The translations under genes were made by a program, and so were the position numbers. A stretch of 64,000 bases of DNA from an uncultured Gemmatimonadales bacterium (GTDB taxonomy: Bacteria > Gemmatimonadota > Gemmatimonadetes > Longimicrobiales > Longimicrobiaceae), in NCBI GenBank assembly GCA_963716255.1, contig OY970303.1, positions 2,592,001 through 2,656,000 on the forward strand. The letters are read 5' to 3'. Positions 18,952 through 31,949 of the stretch are shown piece by piece; position 1 is the first letter of the stretch; each line of letters starts with the position of its first letter. The notes under the pieces are model-generated. The model was not told the origin of the DNA, ran no database searches, and was given only the letters and a program-made list of their open reading frames with translations.

Positions 18952-20136
18952 CTACCCCACCCGCGCAAAGAACGCTTTGAGGTACCGCGTCTCGGGAATC
19001 GCCGGGTGCACCGGATGGTCGGGGCCCTGCATGCCCTCCTCCAGCAGCTGGAGCTCGCGGCCCAGCCGCCGCCCCGCCCGCAGCACCGAGTCCTGGAGCG
19101 CCTCGCGCGGCATGTGGAACGAGCACGAGGCGGACACCAGGACCCCGTCCGGGGCGAGCACCTCCATCCCCAGCTGCCCCAGCCGCCGGTACGCCTCCTC
19201 GCCCGCCTTCTGGTCCTTTTTGCGCTTGATGAAGGCCGGCGGGTCCAGCACCACCACGTCGAAGCGCTCGCCCGCGGCGGCAAGCGCCCGCAGCACCTCG
19301 AAGGCGTCGCCGCGGCGCACACCCACCCGCTCCCCCACCCCGTTCAGCGCGGCGTTCTCCCGCACCTGCTCCAAGGCGAACTCCGAGCTGTCCACGCACA
19401 GCACCGCCGCCGCGCCCGCCGCCGCGGCCTGCACCCCCCACCCGCCCACGTAGCTGAACACGTCCAGCACCCGCCGGCCGGGGACGTACGCCTGCATGCG
19501 CGCGCGGTTCATCCGGTGGTCGTAGAACCACCCCGTCTTCTGCCCGGCGGAGAGCGGCGCACGGAAGCGGACCCCGTTCTCCTCCAGCTCCACGCTCTCC
19601 GGCACCGTGCCCTCTGCGGTCTCCACGTACGCGTCCAGCCCCTCCAGCGCGCGCCCCGGGACGTCGTTGCGGAGGAGGATCCCCTCCGGGCGCACGGTCT
19701 CCGCCAGGGCGGCCACCACCTCGTCGCGCAGGCGCTCCATCCCCGCGGTGGTGAGCTGCGCCACCAGCACGCCGCCGAAGCGGTCCACCACCAGCCCGGG
19801 GAGCCCGTCGCTCTCGCCGAACGCCAGCCGGTAGAAGGGCCCGGGGAACAGCCGCTCGCGCAGCGCCAGCGCCCGGGCCAGCCGCTCGCGCAGCAGCGCG
19901 CCGTCCAGCGCCACGCGCGGGTCGCGGCTCACCAGCCGCGCGGCGATCAGCGATCGCGGGTTGACGTAGGCGGCGCCCAGCGGGGCGCCGCGGTGGTCCT
20001 CCACCGCCACCGCGTCGCCGGGCTCGAAGGCGGTCAGTGGCGTGCGGGCGACGTCCACCTCGTTGCTGAACACCCACAGGTGCCCGGCGCGGAGGCGGCG
20101 GTCCTCGTTCTTTCTCAGGCGGAGCGGCGGGAGCAT
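18952..20136 (-). CDS. RlmI-like class I SAM-dependent rRNA methyltransferase
   Basis: GHLWVFSNEV (PUA), ESDGLPGLVVDRF, GQKTGWFYDHR, VLDVFSYVGGW, LDPPAF. Confidence 0.92.
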   Translation of the reverse strand: MLPPLRLRKNEDRRLRAGHLWVFSNEVDVARTPLTAFEPGDAVAVEDHRGAPLGAAYVNPRSLIAARLVSRDPRVALDGALLRERLARALALRERLFPGPFYRLAFGESDGLPGLVVDRFGGVLVAQLTTAGMERLRDEVVAALAETVRPEGILLRNDVPGRALEGLDAYVETAEGTVPESVELEENGVRFRAPLSAGQKTGWFYDHRMNRARMQAYVPGRRVLDVFSYVGGWGVQAAAAGAAAVLCVDSSEFALEQVRENAALNGVGERVGVRRGDAFEVLRALAAAGERFDVVVLDPPAFIKRKKDQKAGEEAYRRLGQLGMEVLAPDGVLVSASCSFHMPREALQDSVLRAGRRLGRELQLLEEGMQGPDHPVHPAIPETRYLKAFFARVG

Positions 20137-20381
20137 GCAGTCTCGGGTCCGTACGGGTTGGGCCGCGCGGCGCGCGGTGGCGGCGCACAAGATAACCGGC
20201 CGCGCCCCGGCGGGCACCGTGCGCCGCACGGAACTTGCGGCCGGGATCCCGGCTCCGCCGCGCGCGGCGCCCTGGCGCGCCGCCGGGAGCAGCGCGCAAG
20301 ATTCCGTCCGCGCCGCGGGCGCGGGGTCGCCTTCATCCCATCCACCGGGGCCGCCGCCGCGCGGCCCGGAGAGCGTTCGAC

Positions 20382-21578
20382 ATGCCGGAAAGCGCGCGTG
20401 CGCTGCAGGTGTTCCGCGAGGTGGCGCTGGCCACCTCGGCCAGCCCGGACACGGACGAGATCCTGGAGATCGTCCGCGAGCGGGCGCGAGGGCTCTTCGG
20501 GGCGGACCTGGCGGTGGTGGTGCTGGCGGAGCGCGGCTGGAGCGACCTGTTCCGCGCCGACGGCGGACGCCCCACCCCCGCGCAGCTGCAGGAGCTGGCG
20601 CGCTGCGCCCTGCGCACGGGCGAGTCGCAGGTGCTGCGCGAGGCCCCGCGCGACGACGCGCAGCTCCACCTGGCGGAGTGGACCGCCGGGGCGGACGGCT
20701 TCCGCTCCGCGGTGGCGGCGCCGCTCCGCTTCGACGACCAGCTCCGCGGCGCGCTGCTGGTGGCGTGGCGCGACCCTGCCCCGGTGCCGGACGAGACGGT
20801 GCAGCTCGCCGAGACGCTGGGGGTGCACGCCGCCGTGGCGCTCCACAACGCCCGCCTGTACGAGGAGCTGAAGCGCTCCACCCAGGCCCGCGACCGCTTT
20901 TTCTCCGCGATGAGCCACGACCTGCGCACCCCCATCGCGGCCATCGTGGGCTACAGCGAGCTGCTCGCCGACGGGATCGTGGGCGAGCTCTCGGCCAAGC
21001 AGCAGGAGATGGTGGAGCGCATCTCCCAGGTGGCCGCGCACCTCACCGAGCTGGTCAACGACATCCTGGACCTGGCCAAGCTGGACGCCGGCCGGGTGGA
21101 GCTGCACCCCGAGCCCACCGTGCTGGGCGAGGTGGTGCGCGACGCGGTGGTGGCGGTGGAGCCGCAGGCCACCGCCAAGCGGCTCCCCCTGCGCCTGGAC
21201 CTGGACGCCGTCGGCGGCGGGACGGTGCTGGTGGACGCGGTGCGCGTCCGGCAGATCCTGGTGAACCTGCTCGCCAACGCGGTCAAGTTCACCGACGCGG
21301 GCGAGGTGCGGGTGGACGCCGGGCTGGACGCGGAGCGCACCTGGATCACCGTGCGCGACACGGGGCCGGGGCTTCCGCCGGGGAGCGAGGAAGCGGTGTT
21401 CGAGGAGTTCCTCCAGCTCGCGGCCGGGCGCGGGGGCAAGCAGGAGCCGGGAAGCGGGCTGGGGCTCGCCGTGTCGCGGCGGCTGGCGCGGGCCATGGGC
21501 GGGGAGCTGGCGGTGGAGAGCCGGCCGGGGGAGGGGTCCGCGTTCACGCTCTATCTGCCGCTGGGGGGCGAGTCGTAG
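20382..21578 (+). CDS. GAF-domain sensor histidine kinase (cytoplasmic)
   Basis: ALHNARLYE, MSHDLRTP, NLLANAVKFT, DTGPG, GSGLGL. Confidence 0.92.
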   Translation: MPESARALQVFREVALATSASPDTDEILEIVRERARGLFGADLAVVVLAERGWSDLFRADGGRPTPAQLQELARCALRTGESQVLREAPRDDAQLHLAEWTAGADGFRSAVAAPLRFDDQLRGALLVAWRDPAPVPDETVQLAETLGVHAAVALHNARLYEELKRSTQARDRFFSAMSHDLRTPIAAIVGYSELLADGIVGELSAKQQEMVERISQVAAHLTELVNDILDLAKLDAGRVELHPEPTVLGEVVRDAVVAVEPQATAKRLPLRLDLDAVGGGTVLVDAVRVRQILVNLLANAVKFTDAGEVRVDAGLDAERTWITVRDTGPGLPPGSEEAVFEEFLQLAAGRGGKQEPGSGLGLAVSRRLARAMGGELAVESRPGEGSAFTLYLPLGGES

Positions 21579-21596
21579 GGAACGGCTTTTCGCTGC

Positions 21597-21629
21597 GGGT
21601 GTGCCCCCGCTGGCGCCGGGGGCACGCCC
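21597..21629. repeat. Truncated repeat A: two 5' ends joined in inverted orientation
   Basis: GGGTGTGCCCCCG-CTGGCGC-CGGGGGCACGCCC between convergent genes. Confidence 0.7.
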
Positions 21630-21729
21630 ACACCAGCCGTAGACGTTGCCGTAATCATTCCCGCAACGGAAGCGGGCGGAGAAGCCGAAGCCCCTCCGCC
21701 CGCGAACTAACACCTTCTTGCAGAAGCCC

Positions 21730-22548
21730 TCAGACGCCGATCACCTGCCCTTTGCGGTACTTGGAGAGCACCTTGAGGAACGCTTGCGACGCCCGGGTGA
21801 ACGCCCCCTTCTCGCGCAGCGTGGTGGGGCTGGTGCCCAGGAACTTCTGCGTCACCCGCCGCAGCCCGCTGTCCGACGAGTACCCGCAGGCGTGGGCCAC
21901 GCTGAGCACCGTGCGGCCCGGGTCGTCCAGCAGCTCGGCGGCCAGGAGGATCCGCATCCAGGCAAGCAGCTTGCGCGGAGGCGGCAGCTCGGCCCGCTCG
22001 CACCAGCGCAGCAGCGTCCGCCGCGACAGGTACAGCGACTTGGCCAGGTCGCGCCCGTGCCCGCCGACCGCAACCACCTCCGCCGCGGCGTCCAGGATGG
22101 CGCGTGCGCGGCCCGGGGTGTCCGCCGGGAGCACCTGCTCCAGGAGCGCCCGCAGCGGCCGCCCCTGCGACTGCCGGAAGCGCTGCAGCAGGGCGAGCTG
22201 GGTGTCGTCGTGCTCCAGCGAGACCACCTCCACCACCCCCCACTTGCCCAGCGTGCGCAGGTCGTCGAAGCGGTCCGGCGTCACGTCGAAGGCGGCGAAC
22301 ACCGCGCACGAGGGGAACTCCACCAGCAGCGACCGCAGTGCGGGCGACGGCCCGCTGCGTCCGTTGGTGTCGGAGTAGGGGTCGACCACCACCAGGGCCG
22401 AAGGGGGGGACTCCCGCACCGCCTCACGCAGCGACTCCCAGTCGGGGACCGCCTGGAAGACGTAGTCACGCTCCGAGATGCGCCGGATGCGCTCGCGGAA
22501 CTCTTCGTCCCAGTGCAGGACGACCAGCGGACGGGCTCCAATCTTCAT
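21730..22548 (-). CDS. AraC-type HTH transcriptional regulator with receiver-like N-terminus
   Basis: LAKSLYLSRRTLLR and VAHACGYSSDSGLRRVTQKFLGTSPTTLR (double HTH). Confidence 0.85.
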   Translation of the reverse strand: MKIGARPLVVLHWDEEFRERIRRISERDYVFQAVPDWESLREAVRESPPSALVVVDPYSDTNGRSGPSPALRSLLVEFPSCAVFAAFDVTPDRFDDLRTLGKWGVVEVVSLEHDDTQLALLQRFRQSQGRPLRALLEQVLPADTPGRARAILDAAAEVVAVGGHGRDLAKSLYLSRRTLLRWCERAELPPPRKLLAWMRILLAAELLDDPGRTVLSVAHACGYSSDSGLRRVTQKFLGTSPTTLREKGAFTRASQAFLKVLSKYRKGQVIGV

Positions 22549-22624
22549 GGTCGAAAAAGCGGCGGTTAGAGAGCGACTTGGTCGGAGGTCACTGAGGAAG
22601 GCTCGGACCCCCGGGCGAGAAACT

Positions 22625-23917
22625 TCAGCCTGCTGCGCTGGCCTGGCTGAGAGAGCGCACCAGCTCCGCGGCAAGCGCATCGGCCTCGTCCGCGACGGCT
22701 TCGCGGCCGGGCGCGGGGCGGGCCTCGGTGGCGGTGCGGCCGCGGACCGACTCCAGCACCGTTTCTGCGGAAAGGCGCGCCTTCGCCTCGCCGCGCTCGA
22801 CGGCCACCTCCAGCGCCCGGGCGGCGGCCCCCTCGGCGCGCTCCCACTCGGCGACGCTGGCGGCGCCGCGGGCGAGCTCCACCAGCGCCTCGGCGGCGCC
22901 CTCGCGGGCCTCGCCGTCGTCCACCCCCTCCCACACCTGGATCCAGGCGTCGTCGAAGAGGGCCCGGTCGCCCACGGCGCCGGCGGCGCGCGCGATGTTC
23001 GCCAGCACCACGGGGCGCTCCGCGGAGCGGGTGAGGTGCGGGAGGAGCGCGCGGAAGATGGGGAGCGCGCGGGCGTGGTAGCCCTGCTCCATCCAGAAGA
23101 AGCCCACGTCGTGCGCCAGCGCGGGGAGCCGCGGGTGGTCGGAGCCGTACTCGTCGTACGCGCCCCGGGCGAAGCGCTCCGCCTCGTCCACCCGCCCGGT
23201 GAGGGTGGCCAGCACGAACAGGTCGTGATAGGTCATCCCCGCCGCGGAGTGCAGCGCGTGCCGGCGCGCGGCGCGGAGCGCGCGGACGTAGAAGCGGCGC
23301 GCCGCGGGGTAGTTGCCCCGCTGCATGTACAGGTTGCCGAGCCCCAGGAAGGCGAGCGAGTACGCGTTCCAGTCGCCGCTCTGGCGGGCCAGCGCCACGG
23401 TGCGCCGGAACCAGCTCTCGGCGCGGGCGTGCTCGGCGCGGCGGCGGGCCAGGCGGGCGACGGTGTAGGCGGTGGCCGCGTCGAACGGCGCCGCGAAGGC
23501 CGCGGACTGCGCGAAGGCCAGCGCGGCCGCCGTGCTCCCCCGGTCGTCGGCCCACTGGGCCACCTGGAGGCAGGCCCGCGCGGTCAGCTCCCCGTTGAGC
23601 GCGTGGGGGTTGCCGAGCAGCTCCGCCACCTCAAGCAGCGAGCTTTCCAGCGCGGGGTCGGCGGCCTCGGCGCGGATGACCTGCCGGCGGCGCTCCTCCG
23701 CCCCCTCGGCGAAAAGCTCGGAGCGCCGGTCCTCGGGAGCGGAGGCCCACAGCGACACGTCCCGCACCGACTGCCACAGCACCAGCCCCAGCCTTCCCTG
23801 GAACTCCTCCAGGATCGCCGCGCCCTCGAACGCCTCGTCGCCATGGGTGATGGCGGGCGGAACCCTCCAGCGCCGGCGGGTGCGCCGGACCGGCGGGCTC
23901 AGGCGTGGCTTTCGCAT
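22625..23917 (-). CDS. Tetratricopeptide-repeat protein
   Basis: TPR-like helices (GLGNLYMQRGNYPAARRFY); start uncertain. Confidence 0.8.
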   Translation of the reverse strand: MRKPRLSPPVRRTRRRWRVPPAITHGDEAFEGAAILEEFQGRLGLVLWQSVRDVSLWASAPEDRRSELFAEGAEERRRQVIRAEAADPALESSLLEVAELLGNPHALNGELTARACLQVAQWADDRGSTAAALAFAQSAAFAAPFDAATAYTVARLARRRAEHARAESWFRRTVALARQSGDWNAYSLAFLGLGNLYMQRGNYPAARRFYVRALRAARRHALHSAAGMTYHDLFVLATLTGRVDEAERFARGAYDEYGSDHPRLPALAHDVGFFWMEQGYHARALPIFRALLPHLTRSAERPVVLANIARAAGAVGDRALFDDAWIQVWEGVDDGEAREGAAEALVELARGAASVAEWERAEGAAARALEVAVERGEAKARLSAETVLESVRGRTATEARPAPGREAVADEADALAAELVRSLSQASAAG

Positions 23918-24128
23918 GTGAGGGTTCCGGGAAATCATCGGAGAGCGCCGTTTGCGTCCAAAATAGTGTGAGGTATCACTATATCCCCGTCCCGCCTGGG
24001 GCGCCATAGCCTTGTCGGAGTCGGTACCGCATGCATTCCGCCACAATGCGCGCGGTGCTTGCACGAAGGCAGAACTCCTTTACCTTCCCGCGATCCGCGG
24101 GAGCCGTCACCCCCCTGACCGGAGACCG

Positions 24129-24959
24129 ATGCATTCATCCCCCCGCTGGCGCGCCGTGCTCCCGGTCTTCCGGCCGCTGGGCGTGTTCTTCCTGTGGAAC
24201 CTCGCCACCTGGGGGGTGATCCTGGGGCTGGTGCTGGCGGGACGCGCGCTCGCCGGGCTGGCGGCGGCGACGGTGCTCTTCGCGGTCTACCTGCGCGTGT
24301 ACCTGCTCCGCGTGGGCCGGCCGGGCGAGCTCCGCCGCTGGGCGACGCTGCGGCTGCGCCCGCTGGGGCGCGACGGGGCGGTGGGCACCCTCGCCGCGGT
24401 GCCGGTGCTGTTCGCGCTGGCGTGGTCGCTCGGGGAGGTGTGGACGCGGCTGGTCCCCGTCCCCCCGGAGTCGTTCCGCCCCTTCGACGAGCTGACCCGC
24501 ACGGCGGAGGGCCGGCTGGCGGCGGTCCTCTTCGCCGTGGTGGCGGCGCCGCTGGTGGAGGAGTTCGTCTTCCGCGGGCTGGTGCAGCGCCCGCTGGAGC
24601 GGCGCTGGGGGCCGGCGCCGGCCATCGCCTTCACCGCGCTTCTCTTCGCTCTGGTGCACGCCCTCCCCTGGGTGCTGCCCATGCACCTCCTCCTGGGCGT
24701 CGCCTTCGGCTTCGTGGTGTACGCCACACGCTCCGTCTGGGCGGGGGTGCTGCTGCACGCGGCCAACAACTCGCTCGCCGCACTGGGCATCGCCGCGGAG
24801 CCGCCGGAGCTCCCCGCCACGGTGTGGCGCACCGGCTTCACCGCCGACTTCTGGATCGCCCTGGCCGTGTTGGCCCTCGCCTCTGGGGTGGCGCACGGCC
24901 TCGCCGTCCGGCTCCTGCGCATCGGCCACGGGCGCCGCCCGGAGGCGGCTTCCCGGTAG
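24129..24959 (+). CDS. CPBP (CAAX/Abi) family intramembrane metalloprotease
   Basis: EEFVFRG, FALVH, HAANN motifs; multiple TM segments. Confidence 0.92.
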   Translation: MHSSPRWRAVLPVFRPLGVFFLWNLATWGVILGLVLAGRALAGLAAATVLFAVYLRVYLLRVGRPGELRRWATLRLRPLGRDGAVGTLAAVPVLFALAWSLGEVWTRLVPVPPESFRPFDELTRTAEGRLAAVLFAVVAAPLVEEFVFRGLVQRPLERRWGPAPAIAFTALLFALVHALPWVLPMHLLLGVAFGFVVYATRSVWAGVLLHAANNSLAALGIAAEPPELPATVWRTGFTADFWIALAVLALASGVAHGLAVRLLRIGHGRRPEAASR

Positions 24960-25086
24960 CCGGCTCCGCCCTGGCCGCACCCTTGCGGCGTCCCGGTGGG
25001 GCATGGAATCTTCCCGCATGGTCGTCCGTTCCGTGCGCGCACCGCGGCCCCGCCGCGTCTTTCCCGCTGCCGAGGAGGAGTCGCCG

Positions 25087-27102
<2,016 letters not shown>

Positions 27103-27130
27103 CGACGGATACGGCTGAACGGCCGGGTTC

Positions 27131-27155
27131 GGGCGTGCCCCCCGCGGGGGTCAGG
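27131..27155 (+). repeat. Truncated repeat A (5' part only)
   Basis: GGGCGTGCCCCCCGCGGGGGTC with the typical ACGGC..GGTTC flank, 29 nt after the acs stop. Confidence 0.65.
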
Positions 27156-28233
27156 GCCGCCCGATCCGCAGCTTCGCCACCTTCCCTCCGGGTCCCACCG
27201 CCCACACCGCGTCCGGCCCCGCCGCCGCCACCGCGTTGAATTCCACGGTGTCGATCGGCGTCCAGCTCTCCCCCCCGTCGACCGAGTAGTCTGAGCCCGA
27301 GATCCCCACCGCAACCAGCAGCAGCGGGTCCGTCCCGGGGACGAACGCCACGCCGGAGCGGTAGCCGCGCGGCGGCGCCCCGCGCACGGGGCGCCAGGTG
27401 CGGCCGCCGTCCTCCGTCCGGGCGACGTTGCCCGCCGCTTCCCCCGGCTTCGTGTAGTCGCCGCCCACCGCGACGCCGTCGCGGTCGTTCCAGAACGTCA
27501 GGGAAAAGATCCCCGCCCCCGCCGATCCCGCGGCGAGCGGCGTGACCGCAGCCTCCCAGCTGCGCCCCCCGTCCTCCGAGCGGAAGACCCGCGCCCGCGC
27601 CCCGCCGCCCGTGCCGAACCACACCCGGTCGCCCCGCACGGCGATCCCGGTGCCGCTCCCCGCGAAGCCCGCCTCGCCCGCGAGCGGGGCGGGAAGGCTC
27701 GCCGGCGGCACCCGGCTCCAGCGCATCCCGTCCTCCGTCGCCAGGACCAGGAAGGCGTGCTCCACCGGGTCGCTGTAGGCGATCCCCCGGGTGGTGCCGC
27801 GGAAGGCCATGCCGTCCAGGAATCCCTGCGGTCCCGGGACCGTGTGCTGGAGCGTCCAGCTGCGCCCCCCGTCCGCCGTGCGATAGAGGCGCGACTGCGG
27901 ACCCTCGCCCGCGCTCATCAGCCAGGCGGTCCCCGCGTCCGCGGCGTGCACGTCGCGGAAGTCCAGCCCCGTGGCGCCGGGAACCGAGTCCGCGCGCCAG
28001 GTGGCACCGCCGTCCGTGGAGCGGATCCATGTCCCGCCCGTGCCGCTCGCCCACACCACCGCGGGGCCGGCGACGCTGAGGCCGCGGAAGCTCGCCGTGG
28101 TGGGGACATGGTGCGCGACCCACTCCAGCGCCGGCGGGGGGGCGGGCTGCTGCACCGGCGCCGCACACGCGGCGAGGACCGAGAACGGCAGGGACGCCGC
28201 GCGGAGCGGCCGGAAAAAGCGAGACACGGTCAC
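27151..28233 (-). CDS. BNR/Asp-box beta-propeller lipoprotein (YCF48-like)
   Basis: Lipobox LAAC; repeated SxDGGxSW Asp boxes. Confidence 0.85.
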   Translation of the reverse strand: MTVSRFFRPLRAASLPFSVLAACAAPVQQPAPPPALEWVAHHVPTTASFRGLSVAGPAVVWASGTGGTWIRSTDGGATWRADSVPGATGLDFRDVHAADAGTAWLMSAGEGPQSRLYRTADGGRSWTLQHTVPGPQGFLDGMAFRGTTRGIAYSDPVEHAFLVLATEDGMRWSRVPPASLPAPLAGEAGFAGSGTGIAVRGDRVWFGTGGGARARVFRSEDGGRSWEAAVTPLAAGSAGAGIFSLTFWNDRDGVAVGGDYTKPGEAAGNVARTEDGGRTWRPVRGAPPRGYRSGVAFVPGTDPLLLVAVGISGSDYSVDGGESWTPIDTVEFNAVAAAGPDAVWAVGPGGKVAKLRIGRP

Positions 28234-28312
28234 GGCGGAAGGCGGGAGAGGGGTGGAGACGGGGAGGCGGACGTGCCCGAGGGACCCGCCGGCACGGAGC
28301 AGGGAGAGCGGT

Positions 28313-29176
28313 CTACGCCGCCTCCTGCTCCTTGAGCGCCTGGCGGGTCGCCCGGTACCCCTCCTCCAGGAAGAACTGCGTGCGGTCGAAGTCCCAGCCG
28401 CCCAGGTGCCACACCTTGGGGCGCACGTACATCAGCGGGGGCCCGTCGTACCCGTCCAGGCAGCGCGAGCGCTGGTCGCGCAGGTTCAGGTTCAGCACCC
28501 GGTCGTGGATGGCGATCATCCCGCGGTCGAAGTACCCCTCCGCCGGGGGAAGGAACTCCGAGCCCACGTCCACCCCGATGATCCGCTCGGCGCCCCACGC
28601 CTGCGCCTTGCGAACCGGGAACACGTCCAGCACCCCGCCGTCCACCAGGAAGTCGCCGTCGTCCGTCCTGCACGGCGGAAAGTAGATGGGGAGCGCGCAC
28701 GAGGCGTACACCGCGCTCGCCAGCGGGATGTCCTGCCGGCAGTCCGTCCCGAACCACACCTCCTCCCCCGACACCAGCGACACCGTATTCAGCCGGAAGG
28801 GGTGCTTCAGCTCCGCGAACGTCTTCACCGGGAGGATGGACTCGATGTACCTGCGGAAGTGGTCGCCCATGAAGACCGCGTCCTCCCGCACCCCGCCGAA
28901 GAACACCGCGCGCCGGTTGATGGCGACGATGTCGTCCTTGGTGAGCTTGCGCGCGATCTCCGCCAGCTCGCGCCAGCCGAAGCCGCTCGCGATCCCCGCG
29001 CCGATCAGCGAGCCGATGCTGGTGCCCATGATGGCGTCGGGGCGGACCCCCGCCTCCTCCAGCGCCTTCCACACGCCGATGTGCGCGATCCCCTTCATCC
29101 CTCCCCCACCCAGCACCAGCACGGTGCGCGGCGCAGACGCGGGCTGGGCCAGCGGGATCTGGTTCGTCTCGGTCAC
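28313..29176 (-). CDS. Patatin-like phospholipase
   Basis: LGGGGMKG, GTSIG, DGG motifs. Confidence 0.93.
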   Translation of the reverse strand: MTETNQIPLAQPASAPRTVLVLGGGGMKGIAHIGVWKALEEAGVRPDAIMGTSIGSLIGAGIASGFGWRELAEIARKLTKDDIVAINRRAVFFGGVREDAVFMGDHFRRYIESILPVKTFAELKHPFRLNTVSLVSGEEVWFGTDCRQDIPLASAVYASCALPIYFPPCRTDDGDFLVDGGVLDVFPVRKAQAWGAERIIGVDVGSEFLPPAEGYFDRGMIAIHDRVLNLNLRDQRSRCLDGYDGPPLMYVRPKVWHLGGWDFDRTQFFLEEGYRATRQALKEQEAA

Positions 29177-29354
29177 GGCGGGACCTCTGCGCGGAGGTGG
29201 AACGCTCGGGGGGAGGCGGCCCGGGGCGGGCGGCGGCGCCCACCGGAAGGTACCCCTCCCGCGGCGCAGGCTGCAACCCGCGGGCCAGCCCCACCGCCCT
29301 CCGCACGCTTCTTGCCCGCCCCGCGCGTCCGCTCCCCCGGGGCCGCCCCGAACC

Positions 29355-29383
29355 TTGACTTTGCCCCGGGCGCCGTCTACGTT
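29355..29383 (+). promoter_or_regulatory. sigma70-type promoter of the suf operon (TTGACT-N17-TACGTT)
   Basis: Near-consensus hexamers with 17-nt spacer. Confidence 0.65.
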
Positions 29384-29390
29384 GCCTCTT

Positions 29391-29409
29391 GATAAGAAGA
29401 ATCATTCTC
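29391..29409 (+). promoter_or_regulatory. Fur-box-like operator
   Basis: GATAAGAAGAATCATTCTC matches 15/19 of GATAATGATAATCATTATC, at the predicted TSS. Confidence 0.65.
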
Positions 29410-29543
29410 CAGAGCTTCCGGGATTTTCCGGAGGTCCGGCGAAGGGGGCGGGGTGACCCAAGCCCAACATACGGTGTAGCAAAGAGATGACACGCCCCGC
29501 CGCACCGCGGAGGGGATATCCGGTTCACGGGAGAAGAGAAAGA

Positions 29544-30317
<774 letters not shown>

Positions 30318-30383
30318 GATCGATTGAAGGACACCGGGCGCGGTCCGCCGCGCCCACTCTCCTCGGGACGGGAGCAAGAGGAC

Positions 30384-31793
30384 ATGCCGCAGAACGACGC
30401 AGTCGCCCAGATCGGGCTCGACGAATACAAGTTCGGGTTCAGCGACCCGGAAAACTACTTCTACAAGTCCCGCAAGGGACTCGACGAGGAGATCGTCCGC
30501 GAGATCTCGCGCCAGAAGGGCGAGCCGGAGTGGATGCTGAAGACGCGCCTCAAGGCGCTCAAGCACGCCCAGAAGCGCCCCTGGCCCACCTGGGGCGGCG
30601 ACCTCTCGGGGCTCGACTTCGACAAGATCTTCTTCTACATCCGGCCCAACGAGAAGGTGGGGCGGACGTGGGACGAGGTGCCGGAGGACATCAAGAACAC
30701 CTTCGAGCGGCTGGGCATCCCCGAGCAGGAGCGGAAGTTCCTGGCCGGCGCCGGCGCGCAGTACGAGTCCGAGGTGGTGTACCACTCGCTGCGCGAGGAG
30801 TGGGAAAAGGCCGGCGTCATCTTCAAGGGGATGGACGACGGCCTGCGCGACCACGAGGACATCGTCCGCGAGTACTTCGGGTCGGTGGTGCCCTACCAGG
30901 ACAACTTCTTCGCCGCGGTGAACACGGCCACGTGGTCCGGCGGGTCGTTCGTGTACATCCCCAAGGGGGTGAAGCTGGACATGCCCCTGCAGGCGTACTT
31001 CCGCATCAACGCGGAAAGCATGGGGCAGTTCGAGCGCACGCTGATCATCGTGGAGGAGGGGGCCGAGGTCCAGTACATCGAGGGGTGCACCGCGCCCACG
31101 TACTCCCAGGACTCGTTCCACTCCGGCGTCATCGAGATCATCGTCAAGGACGGCGCGCGGTGCCGCTACACGACCATCCAGAACTGGTCGCACAACGTGT
31201 ACAACCTGGTGACGCAGCGCGCCAAGGTGGGCGCCCACGCCAGCATGGAGTGGGTGGACGGAAACCTGGGCTCCAAGCTCACCATGAAGTACCCGTCCTG
31301 CTACCTCATGGGCGAGGGCGCGCGCGGCGAGATCCTCAGCATCGCCTACGCCGGCCCCGGCCAGCACCAGGACGCGGGCGGCAAGGTGGTCCACATGGCG
31401 CCGCACACCTCGTCGCGCATCGTTTCCAAGTCCATCTCGCGGGGGACGGGGCGCAGCTCGTACCGCGGGCTGCTCAAGGTGGAAAAGGGCGCGCACCACG
31501 TGAAGAGCAACGTGGAGTGCGACGCGCTCCTGCTGGACGAGGAGGCACGCACGGACACCTACCCGTACATCGAGATCGAGGAGGAGCACGCCTCCATCGG
31601 CCACGAGGCCACGGTCTCCAAGATCGGCGACGAGCAGCTCTTCTACCTGATGAGCCGCGGCCTTTCCGAGGACGCGGCGGCCACCATGGTGGTGCGCGGC
31701 TTCATCGAGCCCATCGCCAAGGAGCTGCCGCTGGAGTACGCGGTGGAGCTGAACCGCCTCATCGAGCTGGAAATGGAAGGCTCGGTCGGTTAG
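30384..31793 (+). CDS. sufB: Fe-S cluster assembly protein SufB
   Basis: [43 protein letters not shown]. Confidence 0.97.
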   Translation: MPQNDAVAQIGLDEYKFGFSDPENYFYKSRKGLDEEIVREISRQKGEPEWMLKTRLKALKHAQKRPWPTWGGDLSGLDFDKIFFYIRPNEKVGRTWDEVPEDIKNTFERLGIPEQERKFLAGAGAQYESEVVYHSLREEWEKAGVIFKGMDDGLRDHEDIVREYFGSVVPYQDNFFAAVNTATWSGGSFVYIPKGVKLDMPLQAYFRINAESMGQFERTLIIVEEGAEVQYIEGCTAPTYSQDSFHSGVIEIIVKDGARCRYTTIQNWSHNVYNLVTQRAKVGAHASMEWVDGNLGSKLTMKYPSCYLMGEGARGEILSIAYAGPGQHQDAGGKVVHMAPHTSSRIVSKSISRGTGRSSYRGLLKVEKGAHHVKSNVECDALLLDEEARTDTYPYIEIEEEHASIGHEATVSKIGDEQLFYLMSRGLSEDAAATMVVRGFIEPIAKELPLEYAVELNRLIELEMEGSVG

Positions 31794-31949
31794 CGGCTCG
31801 AGAAATCGCGCAGCTCTGCGTTGCACCCCTGCGGGCTCCCTGCGGCGTGAACAACCACGCCTCAGTCGCTCCTCGGGGTGCGCCTTGATCTGCACGATTT
31901 CTCTTCGCCGTGGCATCGGATGGAAAAAACGACAGGAGAATTGGTGATC

